Part shown: positions 30,753 to 40,245 of the stretch, in pieces
Numbering within the stretch: the first letter of the stretch is position 1
Layout of the letters: every line of letters starts with the position of its first letter
Assembly: GCA_027053075.1 (NCBI GenBank)
Contig: JALUEE010000033.1
Location: 96,001-160,000 of the forward strand
DNA from: a candidate division WOR-3 bacterium
GTDB lineage: Bacteria > Hydrothermota > Hydrothermia > B15-G9 > WFZT01
Reading direction: 5' to 3'
Length of the DNA: 64,000 bases
The notes under the pieces: generated by a model
What the model saw: the letters and a program-made list of their open reading frames with translations, nothing else
Told to the model about the DNA's origin: nothing
The model's database searches: none
Position numbers and translations under genes: made by a program

Positions 30753-31835
30753 ATGAAAAAGGAAATTGTGGAATTTTTAGATATTTTGAACATTCCAGAG
30801 GACGAAAGAGAATTTGTTCTTGGAATACAAACAGAAAAATTGCCAGAGAAGTACGAAAAAGCTAAGGAAGATTTTTTACGTCTTGGCGTGCGTTTTGAGT
30901 TGTACGATAAGCTACCCGGGCATTTTAAGCCTTTTGAAGATTTTGAAGAGGCAAAAGATTGGCTTAAAAATACAAAAGAATTTATACGGGTTGAAATCCC
31001 GGATGGTCTTGAGTTAACTGATCCCATGCCCATTTGCTGTTTTACGAAGGCACCTTCACCCGGTAACCACCATATCAATCTTAGATTTGGTGCGAGATCC
31101 AAAGCCACCGTGGTGGTTGGAAGTACTGTACCCAAAATTACGGGAGATAGCGAGATCAGGAGCAACATGGAGCTGAATGTAGGTGAGGAGGCGGAGGTCA
31201 ACCTCGTGATTCTCAATAGCTTCAGGAAAGAGGCCAAGGTGTTCCCTCTGGTTAGAGGTAAGATTGGGCATGGTGCAAAGATAAATATGACAGTGGTGAA
31301 CCTATTTAACGGCAACAAACATTCAAGTGATTATCAGCTCATAGGTGGTGACAGAGTTGACGTTAAGCTCAATGTGATTTCCTTCTCAAGAAACAGTGAC
31401 AGGGTAGAGGATTCATACAAAATCACTCTTAAGGGCAAGAAATCCCATGCACTACTGAGTATCAGGGGAGTTTCCAGAGATAGTTCCTATCAGAGACACA
31501 TTGCAGTGATAGAGGCGGATACAGAATCAGAGAAGTCTATAGGAATTGCTGATACTGCCGGATTCCTACTTCAGGACGAGTCAAAATTCGAAGTCTGGCC
31601 CTCTTTGATTGTTAAAAATGACAATATCCACCTTGACCACCAGGCCTACGTGGGGCACATTCCCGATGAGACTATAGAATATTTGAGGTCCCGTGGATTT
31701 ACGCGCGAAGGAGCCATGTTCTTGATTGTCCACAGCATGATTGCACCACTAAAATCTTATCTACCACCTCGATTCCAGGATGAGATTGAAAAAATAGCCC
31801 GCTTATTGGTAGAGAATAAAATCCCTGAGATTTGA
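30753..31835 (+). CDS. sufD: SufB/SufD-family protein (SufD position)
   Basis: Beta-helix-like core, C-terminal P.L....N.HLDHQAYVGHI...YLRSRG. Confidence 0.75.
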   Translation: MKKEIVEFLDILNIPEDEREFVLGIQTEKLPEKYEKAKEDFLRLGVRFELYDKLPGHFKPFEDFEEAKDWLKNTKEFIRVEIPDGLELTDPMPICCFTKAPSPGNHHINLRFGARSKATVVVGSTVPKITGDSEIRSNMELNVGEEAEVNLVILNSFRKEAKVFPLVRGKIGHGAKINMTVVNLFNGNKHSSDYQLIGGDRVDVKLNVISFSRNSDRVEDSYKITLKGKKSHALLSIRGVSRDSSYQRHIAVIEADTESEKSIGIADTAGFLLQDESKFEVWPSLIVKNDNIHLDHQAYVGHIPDETIEYLRSRGFTREGAMFLIVHSMIAPLKSYLPPRFQDEIEKIARLLVENKIPEI

Positions 31836-31845
31836 TTTCAACACA

Positions 31846-31872
31846 GCCCCCTAAGAATGGGGGCGCTTTTTT
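31846..31872 (+). terminator. Probable intrinsic terminator after sufD
   Basis: GCCCCC..GGGGGC stem followed by a T tract. Confidence 0.55.
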
Positions 31873-31915
31873 AAATTTAATATCACTTTAAAAATGATAT
31901 TTATGGAGGCGTGAG

Positions 31916-33211
31916 ATGGAACTTTTAAAGAACAAAGAGATGAAAAAGGAGAAACTGAAGGAGATTTTGAAGGCAATCCATCACGGAGAATCTCCAGATG
32001 AGTTGGTAAGAAAGTTCAGAGACGTGCTTTCTAATGTCTCCCCATTAGAGATTCCTCTTGTGGAGCAGGAACTTGTGAAAGAGGGGATCAAGCCCACTGA
32101 AATTGCCAGATTGTGTGATATACACGTTCAGATATTTAAGGAATCTGTTGCAGGTTCAGGGAAGTTTGACAATCTTCCTGATGGGCATCCTCTCAAAACT
32201 CTGTTTGAAGAAAACAGCCAGATTCTCAAGGATGCTGAGGTGCTCAATCTATTCGTGAATTCACTGAGGAATGCCCGTGACGAGAAGATGAAGGCAGATA
32301 TGCTTAAGAACATCAGATTCGTGATGCGCTCCATTGTGAATATTCCTCGAACCCACTACAATCGCGAGGAGCTAATTCTTTTCCCATATCTTGAGAGGCG
32401 CGGTTTAAACGCAGTTCCCAGCGTGCTCTGGAAGAAGCACGATGAGATTCGCGGTAAAATCAAAAAGTTTATGAAAATCCTCGAGCGTGAGGATGTGAAT
32501 GAGATTTTCCAGGCAGGATATGACCTTGCAGAGAGTCTCGTGGATATGACTTTTAGAGAGAATAACATTCTTTATCCCACGGTTCTAAGTGTGTTCAGTG
32601 AAGGCGAATGGGTTGCTATAAAGGAACAGAGCGACAAAATTGGATACTACAAGGTTGAGCCCGGTGAGTTTAAGTCCGATGCCGAACCTGTTTATCCTTA
32701 CCAGATCAATGAGGGAATAGATTTCAGCAAACTGCCTGAGCATATGCAGAAGGAGCTTATGGACAAAGGTGTGACTCTTGTCCCGGATGGTTATAAGATA
32801 CCGACTGAGAACGATTTCAGGCTTGATACAGGCTACCTCACTCCGGAGCAGGTCAATCTGCTTCTGAATTACCTGCCAGTGGATGTTACATTTATTGACG
32901 AGCACGACAGGGTGAAGTTCTTTAGCTCAAGACACAGGATATTTGATAGGGCTGAGACGATTATCGGGAGACCTGTTCAGTTATGTCATCCCCCGAGTAG
33001 TGTGCATATTGTGAATAAGATTTTGAAGGCTTTTAAAACAGGTGAAAAGGACACGGCTGAATTCTGGCTCAATGTGGGCGATAGATTTATCCACATCCAG
33101 TATTTTGCCGTGAGAGATGAGGATGGGAAGTACAGTGGAACACTTGAGGTTACTCACGATGCCACTCATGTTAGGAGTCTTGAGGGAGAAAAGAGGTTGC
33201 TCGATTGGTGA
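31916..33211 (+). CDS. DUF438 + hemerythrin + PAS domain protein
   Basis: EIPLVEQEL..LCDIH, GHPLKTL..EN, HYNREE..LFP, PVDVTFID, CHPP. Confidence 0.9.
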   Translation: MELLKNKEMKKEKLKEILKAIHHGESPDELVRKFRDVLSNVSPLEIPLVEQELVKEGIKPTEIARLCDIHVQIFKESVAGSGKFDNLPDGHPLKTLFEENSQILKDAEVLNLFVNSLRNARDEKMKADMLKNIRFVMRSIVNIPRTHYNREELILFPYLERRGLNAVPSVLWKKHDEIRGKIKKFMKILEREDVNEIFQAGYDLAESLVDMTFRENNILYPTVLSVFSEGEWVAIKEQSDKIGYYKVEPGEFKSDAEPVYPYQINEGIDFSKLPEHMQKELMDKGVTLVPDGYKIPTENDFRLDTGYLTPEQVNLLLNYLPVDVTFIDEHDRVKFFSSRHRIFDRAETIIGRPVQLCHPPSSVHIVNKILKAFKTGEKDTAEFWLNVGDRFIHIQYFAVRDEDGKYSGTLEVTHDATHVRSLEGEKRLLDW

Positions 33212-33227
33212 ATTAATCAGAGACGGA

Positions 33228-33267
33228 ATGCCTCTTCCCCACAAGCCTCGCTTGTGGGGAGAGGCAT
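33228..33267. repeat. REP-like hairpin (family B related)
   Basis: ATGCCTCTTCCCCACAAGC-CTC-GCTTGTGGGGAGAGGCAT; the CCCCACAAG..CTTGTGG core recurs near 62347-62368. Confidence 0.7.
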
Positions 33268-33517
33268 TCCTCCTGGAAATTAAAGCCTAAGATGAAGGTA
33301 TCTCGAGGCTGGCTCACCAAGTGAGTTTTACAATTCATATCATACGGAAAATTCTAAATAAGTAGCCCTGCAAGTATTTATGGGGGGAGAGAGGAAATTC
33401 TCAGGCAAAGTAAACATAACGAGAAGTGAAATTTTTGTAGAACATAGTAACAGTTTCAAACGAGCTCCCCATCAGTTGAATAAAATTGGTGTGGTTATTA
33501 TAATTACTCCACCTCAC

Positions 33518-33595
33518 GGGGCGCGTAGCTCAGCTGGATAGAGCACCTGACTGTGGATCAGGTGGCCGCGGGTTCGAATCCCGCCGCGCCCCCCA
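33518..33595 (+). tRNA. tRNA-His(GUG) with encoded G-1 and CCA
   Basis: Anticodon arm CCTGA-CTGTGGA-TCAGG, T arm GCGGG-TTCGAAT-CCCGC, C73; promoter TTGAAT-17-TATAAT at 33476-33504. Confidence 0.97.
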
Positions 33596-33599
33596 TTTT

Positions 33600-34508
33600 T
33601 TATCTCAAAAATATAAATTTCTTCCGTTCAACTATCCCCTTCTTGCTCTCAATAACCATCATGTACACACCTGTGGGGATGTCCGGGCTCACCCTCTCAA
33701 TAATCTCGTTTGAGGGTGCTCCGTAATGCTTTTTGAACACCAGTGCCCCGTTGGTTGATACAATCTTCAAATAATAGTCCGTTATGCCGGCAGGCTTGAT
33801 AAAACTAATCGTCCTTCTAAAAACCCCCTGTGCGGTGTGAAGTGTCTGGGGTATTGTATCATGAGGTAGCGTATCATTTGGCAATGTATCCTGTGGCAGC
33901 GAATCCACAAGAAGAGGATATCTTATGGGAGTGTAGTGATACCTGTAATATGAGGTGTATCTCAGGTCGAGACCTGTAGTAGACGGGCCTGGGCGCCGAT
34001 CAGTGGCCTGAAATATATACAGTCTTGTGTGTGAGGAATCAGCCCATTGATAGAATAAAACCACGTGATGGTGTGGCCTATTGATGGCATCTCCCATTTT
34101 TAGAGAATCGTAAGAAATAGGATGTGTGATGTCCGGGAGCATGGCAGTACTGTACTTGTGAGGTAATTGCCACACTATAGTTATTAAGCCTGAGCAATCC
34201 TGGCCTGTTGCCCATGAGGGATCACCACCATAGGATATGCAATCATTGTCAGAATGTGAGCCCGCCCTCTGTCCCTGTGCGAGCTTCGCGAGAAATCTCG
34301 TGGGGTCATCCCAGCCTCCAAACTCATAGGCAACTCCATGATAGGTGTGCCCAACCTGGTAATCGGAATGCCAATCGGGGCAGTATGGAACCGGTGCCGC
34401 ATTTATTGAATCGCAAACCCACTCAACATTTGCATTGGAAAAGGCCGAATCAATCACCTCCTGCCTCGGAATAACCAGCATCAGTGCAATCAATAGTGCA
34501 TTCACCAT
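33600..34508 (-). CDS. Secreted NlpC/P60-like cysteine hydrolase with T9SS-type CTD
   Basis: GVAYEFGG, GQDCSG, GDAIN..HHVVLF; LPxDT repeat linker; C-terminal GVYMMVI..KKFIFLR. Confidence 0.7.
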   Translation of the reverse strand: MVNALLIALMLVIPRQEVIDSAFSNANVEWVCDSINAAPVPYCPDWHSDYQVGHTYHGVAYEFGGWDDPTRFLAKLAQGQRAGSHSDNDCISYGGDPSWATGQDCSGLITIVWQLPHKYSTAMLPDITHPISYDSLKMGDAINRPHHHVVLFYQWADSSHTRLYIFQATDRRPGPSTTGLDLRYTSYYRYHYTPIRYPLLVDSLPQDTLPNDTLPHDTIPQTLHTAQGVFRRTISFIKPAGITDYYLKIVSTNGALVFKKHYGAPSNEIIERVSPDIPTGVYMMVIESKKGIVERKKFIFLR

Positions 34509-35257
34509 GTCACCTCCAGGATTTCAACTCCTTCCTCAAGATAGTTAACAATGTAGAGTGCGCCATCCCCCTCAATTCTGTAGGGTGGCCCATCCATCTG
34601 TGCAAAAAATATTGGCTCCCACCTGTATTCTTCTTTGCCATGTTTGAAATAAAAATTGCCACCTTTGAATCTCAAAAGTACAGGAATTCTACTGTTATCA
34701 TAACCGACAACTGCTCCAGCCCTGGTATCCGTCGGGTCACCTTTGAGAAAATCCGACTTTGTCAAATTCCCTTTAAAGAGCGTAAAGAATGTTTCGATAT
34801 TTCCTTTGTTTGCCGAGCTATACTTGATAAACATCACGTTGTTAGAGAAATCCTTGAGGAAATTTACAGAGGCCCCAACAACGGGAGCACTTACCCTGAG
34901 GACAGATTTCTCCACCAATTTACCATGCTCCATTCTTGCAATGGTGATGGAGTCCCAGTCTGAGTTCGCAAGATACACGTTCCCTTGCCAAAGCACGATA
35001 TTGTCAAAGTATCCATCGAGTTTCCAGCTATCTTCAAAACTTCCATCCCTTCTAAAGAAAGCTATTCTTTTGTTGTAAATATCGAGGAATGCAATCCTGC
35101 CGTCTTCAACGTCAAATGCAAGAGGTCCCATATTGGGTCCTGCGTCCTCTTCCACCTTGAGCATAATTCCAAGCCGTCCATCTCCACTGCCCCACGGGAT
35201 CATAAGGGTATCCACGTGCAGGCTCATGATTGCAAGCAAAATTAGTTTAATCATCAT
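34502..35257 (-). CDS. Hypothetical exported protein, possibly beta-propeller
   Basis: Signal peptide, beta-rich, GP..FDV..G.I..LD..NKRI; overlaps both neighbours. Confidence 0.6.
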   Translation of the reverse strand: MMIKLILLAIMSLHVDTLMIPWGSGDGRLGIMLKVEEDAGPNMGPLAFDVEDGRIAFLDIYNKRIAFFRRDGSFEDSWKLDGYFDNIVLWQGNVYLANSDWDSITIARMEHGKLVEKSVLRVSAPVVGASVNFLKDFSNNVMFIKYSSANKGNIETFFTLFKGNLTKSDFLKGDPTDTRAGAVVGYDNSRIPVLLRFKGGNFYFKHGKEEYRWEPIFFAQMDGPPYRIEGDGALYIVNYLEEGVEILEVTW

Positions 35258-35867
35258 ACTCCTTCCATGGTTTTTTGACCTTACAGGCTATTTTCAGCAT
35301 CCGGTAAATGTTCTGTCCAAGTCTTCTTGCGTAAAGTACAGCCTCTTCATCCTTCCCTACGCTACCACGCCCCACTGAGTAAACCAGCGAATATGGAGTG
35401 ATAAGCATCCCATTGTCATTGGCAAATGCCATAAGGTTGGAAATCACCTGAGTTGCCCCATCTTCCTCTGCTGCCACCACAAACCCTGCCACTTTGTTGT
35501 CAAGGAGTTTACCCGCGTTCTCCAGCGCAGTAAGTCTGTCAATAAAATTCTTCATAACCCCGGACATATTGTACCAGTAAACAGGTGTCGCAAAAATTAT
35601 AGCGTCTGCAAGGATTATCTTGCTGTGCAAACTCTTCATGGAATCTTCCAGGACCCCCTGTGTGCAATTCTTAGGGTTACACAACTTTGGGTCATCTGAA
35701 TAGCATCCCATGCAGAACCTGATGGGGTGGTCTATGAGATGAATGATCTCAATCTCCACCTTGTCAAACTTTCGGAGCTCCTCAATCACGTAATTCAGCA
35801 ATTCCGCTGTCCTGCCTTCTTTTCTCGGCGAACCGTGAACAGCAATAACTTTAAAACTTTTGCACAT
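35247..35867 (-). CDS. Flavodoxin-like iron-sulfur flavoprotein / NADPH-dependent FMN reductase
   Basis: GSPRK, CMGC.....C....C and ATPVYWYNMSGVMKNFIDR motifs. Confidence 0.9.
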   Translation of the reverse strand: MCKSFKVIAVHGSPRKEGRTAELLNYVIEELRKFDKVEIEIIHLIDHPIRFCMGCYSDDPKLCNPKNCTQGVLEDSMKSLHSKIILADAIIFATPVYWYNMSGVMKNFIDRLTALENAGKLLDNKVAGFVVAAEEDGATQVISNLMAFANDNGMLITPYSLVYSVGRGSVGKDEEAVLYARRLGQNIYRMLKIACKVKKPWKEYDD

Positions 35868-36456
35868 GACTCCTTACCCTTTCTAAAAGTTCCCGATACT
35901 CCTCTTTTGCCCCCTTTAGATTTGCAGACCTCGGGGCATAAAATAGCACGAGGATATTTCTCGTCCGGATAGTTGTCATTGTTCTTTTAGAGTCGGAGAT
36001 GGGACTGCCAAACCCTCCTCGCTCGTCAAATGCGGCAATCTTTTTGTGCAGATTAAAAATCCGGTTGTTAATTGCCTGATAACTCTCACCTTCTCTCCCA
36101 ACTCTAATCTCGATTGGTGGACTGATCTCGTCGTAGTCATAGACGCCAATAGGGATTCTGTATTTCACCGAGATGTAATTATTGATATCAACCACGGGAT
36201 TGATCGAAGGAATACTCTTTCCATTTATCAGACGTCTTATAAGCGCCTCTGCAGACGGCCTGTACCTTGAAGGATCAGTGCCAACAGCTTTAAAAATCTG
36301 CCTCATATCCTGAATTTCAGGTGTAACGAGGTCTGCTGGATCCGCAGAGAGGCTTATTAAAAGATGCGAAAAATCTGCACTTTCCATATCTATGTCGTGA
36401 GCCTCCAGGCTTTCCACCTGGAGCCCAAGTCCTATCAATTTTTCTTCTATTTTCAT
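35851..36456 (-). CDS. B3/B4 tRNA-editing domain protein
   Basis: DPSRYRPSAEALIRR, INPVVDINN, GVYD and GSPISDS..T motifs. Confidence 0.88.
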   Translation of the reverse strand: MKIEEKLIGLGLQVESLEAHDIDMESADFSHLLISLSADPADLVTPEIQDMRQIFKAVGTDPSRYRPSAEALIRRLINGKSIPSINPVVDINNYISVKYRIPIGVYDYDEISPPIEIRVGREGESYQAINNRIFNLHKKIAAFDERGGFGSPISDSKRTMTTIRTRNILVLFYAPRSANLKGAKEEYRELLERVRSHVQKF

Positions 36457-37394
36457 GGTACAATCCTTGTGCCTCCTTTTCCGTGGATTGCTTCGAGGGA
36501 CAAATCAAGTGACGTAATGATAACCTCATCTCCACCATTTTCAAGGAATTCAATCGCAGCTTCTACCTTGGGGCCCATACTTCCTGGGGGGAACTGACCT
36601 TCCGCGTAATGCCTTTTTATCTCGTCGAGGTGGACTTCTCTTAGCTCCCGCTGAGTGGGCTTGCCAAAATCGAGATAAACGTAGGGAACTTCAGTGAGTA
36701 TAACGAGTTTCTCGGCCCCGATATTGCGTGCCAGCACTGCTGAAGCAAGGTCCTTATCAATTACCGCTTCCACTCCTCGAAAACCTCCATCCTCCTTTAT
36801 GATCGGAATTCCACCGCCACCTGCTGCAATTACAATCTCACCATCATCTACAAGTTTCTTGATCTCCCCTGCCTCCAGCACCTCGAGGGGCTTCGGAGAA
36901 GGAACCACAACTCTATACCCACGGTTGGCGTCATTTTTAAAGACCAGTGATGGAAATTTCTTCTTCAGTTCGAGCATCTCACTCTCTGTGAAAAAGTTAC
37001 CGATGGGCTTTGTGGGGTTTCGAAAAGCAGGGTCATTTTTATCCACGATCACACGAGTAACGACAGTGGTTACATGCCTTCTCATATTCAGCTCTGCCAT
37101 TCGATTTGTGATGGCAAGGGAGATGATATATCCCATCCATCCCTGAGTCTCCGCATTTAATACATCAAGCGGATAGGGTGGATATTTATCCCTTGCAAGT
37201 ATATTGCGGAAAAACTCAACCCCTACCTGTGGACCATTGCCGTGGGTGATGACTATCCTGTAACCTTCCCTAATTAGTTCAACAATTGGTACAAGCGACC
37301 TTTTAGCCCTGTTATACTGATGCTCGATGGTAAAAGTCTCACCTTTGCTTCTCAGTGCATTTCCACCAAGAGCGATGACGACTTTTCTATCCAT
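36453..37394 (-). CDS. arcC: Carbamate kinase
   Basis: ALGGNA, THGNGPQVG, PTKPIG, GGGGIP, EAVIDKD and GSMGPK motifs. Confidence 0.96.
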   Translation of the reverse strand: MDRKVVIALGGNALRSKGETFTIEHQYNRAKRSLVPIVELIREGYRIVITHGNGPQVGVEFFRNILARDKYPPYPLDVLNAETQGWMGYIISLAITNRMAELNMRRHVTTVVTRVIVDKNDPAFRNPTKPIGNFFTESEMLELKKKFPSLVFKNDANRGYRVVVPSPKPLEVLEAGEIKKLVDDGEIVIAAGGGGIPIIKEDGGFRGVEAVIDKDLASAVLARNIGAEKLVILTEVPYVYLDFGKPTQRELREVHLDEIKRHYAEGQFPPGSMGPKVEAAIEFLENGGDEVIITSLDLSLEAIHGKGGTRIVP

Positions 37395-37767
37395 TTTCTC
37401 TCCTCTCAATCACAACCACAGCAATGGCATGATGCTCAGTGTGAGAAAGACTCACATCTACGTGGGCACCATTCAGAAACTCAAGAGCTTTACCGTATAG
37501 TCTCAAAATCGGCTTCCCGCTTGGCAAATTTATTACCTCAATGTCAATGAATCTAACTCCTTTTCTCATACCAGTTCCAATTGCTTTAGAAAACGCTTCC
37601 TTTGCCGCAAATCTTGCGGCATAGCACTCCTCATAGTTTTTTCTCTTTTCACACTCTTCGATCTCGGCCTCTGTGAAAATCCGTTTCTTAAATTTTTCTC
37701 TGTGCCTTTCAAAGATCTTCTTCAGTCTATCAATTTCAACAAGGTCAACACCCACAAAAATCGGCAT
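37387..37767 (-). CDS. acpS: Holo-ACP synthase
   Basis: GVDLVE, RFAAKEAFSKA, GKP and SLSH motifs. Confidence 0.96.
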   Translation of the reverse strand: MPIFVGVDLVEIDRLKKIFERHREKFKKRIFTEAEIEECEKRKNYEECYAARFAAKEAFSKAIGTGMRKGVRFIDIEVINLPSGKPILRLYGKALEFLNGAHVDVSLSHTEHHAIAVVVIERRENG

Positions 37768-37770
37768 AAA

Positions 37771-40212
37771 TTAAAACCTATAGTCAAAACTCAGATTAAA
37801 GGAAAATGCGTTCCTCTCCTCACTGAATCCAGTAAGCCAGTTGCCGGTGATGGGATTGTAAATCCCCTGCCCGAGCAACCCACCGTGAGGATAGTATGTG
37901 TTTTTAAGCCTGAATTTAAGTTTTACACCCATGTTTCTTGTGAGCCTTTCCACAATCGAGAAATACACCTTGTTGCCATTGCCGTACATGAAATCAATTC
38001 CAGTATCCTCAAATCCCCACTGAGACATCCCGTTGTTCCTCCATACTGTGGTGCCAAGCCTGAAATCGAGGCTACGCGCTACCGGATACTGAAGGTCGAG
38101 GGCAAGGTATCCACCGTTTATCTCATTGGAATAGTCTTCTCTCGGAGTAAGAAGCACCCTTGAGTGCCTCAGTGTAATTCCCATGTATGTTCCGCGAAAA
38201 ACATAATAAAGCCTCAGCGTGGTCTCGTAGGTCAGGCTTCTTGTGATCCCTAAGTATCTTGCACTATGCCTGTTCTGTATTTTCTCGGTAAACCTCAACC
38301 TCAGGGGATTCACCAGCCTATACTCCACGCTTCCCTGGAATCTGTAATTGTCAAGCATGGTGGTGTTATCTCGCCAAACATCGAGGTAAACCCGCGGGAA
38401 TATCAACTTTGAGGACATCTGGTACCGCGATTCCACATAAATTCCGGTCTCGGGCTTCGGTACAGGAAAATTAGAAAGATTGGAATAAAGTGGATCGTTC
38501 AAACGATAATTTCTATCAAGAACCGTGTATTGAAAACGCGACGCCTCCTGAAAAGTTCTCATGTAAGGATTCATGTAATCCACGCCATAGTGCCTGAAAA
38601 TTATGTTGAAATAGTAAGGGTTTTCCTGAATCCGTGCCTTAAGAAGATATGCAGAACCAGCATCTTTCTGCTTTGCCGCCTCAAGCTCAATGGAGAACGG
38701 GAATAGAACCGTCCTGAGCTCGAGACTACCAAATAGGTTTTCCTTACCGGTGTGCCATTCAAATGCTGGCCCGCTTGCCTCTTCGCGAGAAAACGGTTTT
38801 GTGACATCTTCCCAGGCAAGCGAAAATGGTTTTGAATAGGTAAGTTTCATCAAATTTAGAGCAACCTGAGTGCCAACCGGCAGGGTGTTACCACCAAGAT
38901 TAAACCTCAAACTCGTTGCAAGGACTCTTTCGGTTAGTTTGTTTTTAAAAACTGATGGAGCCGGATGCCCGACAAAATAAAAGAGCGGATTTCCATCCCT
39001 ATCCAGTATGGCATTTCTTGAATTTTTCGAGTAAACAAAAATTGGGTTGAATCCAAGATACTTAAATTCAAAGGCAACTCCATTGAAGGCAAAGTCTGTA
39101 TTGGATGTAACATCACCGTAAATCCCACGTGCCCTGCTTATCAACCTATCTCTCAGCTCATCACTGTTGTCCAGAACAAGCCCTTGCCCAAGCGTGACCC
39201 TGATATTGCCGACATACAATTTTGAAAGGTAGAAATGCTTTGCCAGTTTGACCTTCTCAACGCCGATGAAACCCTTCTTGAGCTCGTTCACCCTCGTGGG
39301 ACTCTTCTCAAAAAGCAGTCCGAATCTGAGTTTTCCCCTGACATTTGAAACAACCTTCGTCCTGAAGTATGGATAGTTTCTGAGGGCAGATAAATCTTCT
39401 CTCTCTTTTCTCAGCCTCGAGGCAAGGGAATCAATCTCTTCATCAGTCCAGCCAGACCTTCGGTAGTCCTCGCGCGAGAGGCTATCAGAGAGATTTGAAA
39501 TGACATCGCTGATAAGAGACTCGCCGATATAGATATCGGGATAGTATGACGAGTAAATATTGAGCCATCCATCCACAATTCTTGGCTTTCTATCACGGTA
39601 GGTGACAAAATTCACCATGTTACGGTAGCCATAGTAAGAAAGATGTGGAACACGTCTCAAATCGCGACGATTCCTCAAAGGAAGAATTCGCGCCCTTCTC
39701 ACTACTGCAGCGGCATCTATCAATGAAACTCTATCAAGTGCATAGAGTTCATCAACCTCTGCCTTATTCACATTAATGGGTTCCACAAGCTTCAGAATCC
39801 ACCAATCGAGGGCACTCTCCCTCGGTGATTCCTCACTCGCAGTCCGTGAGCGCACCCTCTGGATATCGAAAATCAGGTTTCTCCCCTCCCTTCTCGGTTT
39901 TATGTAAATATATTTCTTCCACCTTGCGAGGTCTCCGGCATTCACACCCTTGATTTTAGAAAGTTCGTAGTAACTCGAAATCCCCCCATGGTAAAAGATG
40001 TATTGGTATATGTTCTTTGCCTTCCACTCAGGGACAGTTTTCTCTTTGAGAATGTCCTCAAGAGAGACAGTTGTATCGGGATGAGCCTTCAGAATTTCAT
40101 GATAAATGGAATCTGCATCCTGATAGCCTACAGGAAGCTTTTTTATTTCATCCAGCGTGGCATTGTTTATGTTTATCCTGAAGGCTAAAAGAATTAAAAA
40201 AAGAATATTCAC
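37771..40212 (-). CDS. Helix-hairpin-helix (ComEA-like) domain outer-membrane beta-barrel protein
   Basis: ININNATLDEIKKLP and INVNKAEVDELYAL repeats, GQGLVL motif, alternating beta strands, terminal YRF. Confidence 0.75.
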   Translation of the reverse strand: MNILFLILLAFRININNATLDEIKKLPVGYQDADSIYHEILKAHPDTTVSLEDILKEKTVPEWKAKNIYQYIFYHGGISSYYELSKIKGVNAGDLARWKKYIYIKPRREGRNLIFDIQRVRSRTASEESPRESALDWWILKLVEPINVNKAEVDELYALDRVSLIDAAAVVRRARILPLRNRRDLRRVPHLSYYGYRNMVNFVTYRDRKPRIVDGWLNIYSSYYPDIYIGESLISDVISNLSDSLSREDYRRSGWTDEEIDSLASRLRKEREDLSALRNYPYFRTKVVSNVRGKLRFGLLFEKSPTRVNELKKGFIGVEKVKLAKHFYLSKLYVGNIRVTLGQGLVLDNSDELRDRLISRARGIYGDVTSNTDFAFNGVAFEFKYLGFNPIFVYSKNSRNAILDRDGNPLFYFVGHPAPSVFKNKLTERVLATSLRFNLGGNTLPVGTQVALNLMKLTYSKPFSLAWEDVTKPFSREEASGPAFEWHTGKENLFGSLELRTVLFPFSIELEAAKQKDAGSAYLLKARIQENPYYFNIIFRHYGVDYMNPYMRTFQEASRFQYTVLDRNYRLNDPLYSNLSNFPVPKPETGIYVESRYQMSSKLIFPRVYLDVWRDNTTMLDNYRFQGSVEYRLVNPLRLRFTEKIQNRHSARYLGITRSLTYETTLRLYYVFRGTYMGITLRHSRVLLTPREDYSNEINGGYLALDLQYPVARSLDFRLGTTVWRNNGMSQWGFEDTGIDFMYGNGNKVYFSIVERLTRNMGVKLKFRLKNTYYPHGGLLGQGIYNPITGNWLTGFSEERNAFSFNLSFDYRF

Positions 40213-40245
40213 CTCTAAATCCTCCCTTACCAGAAATTCCCGAAA

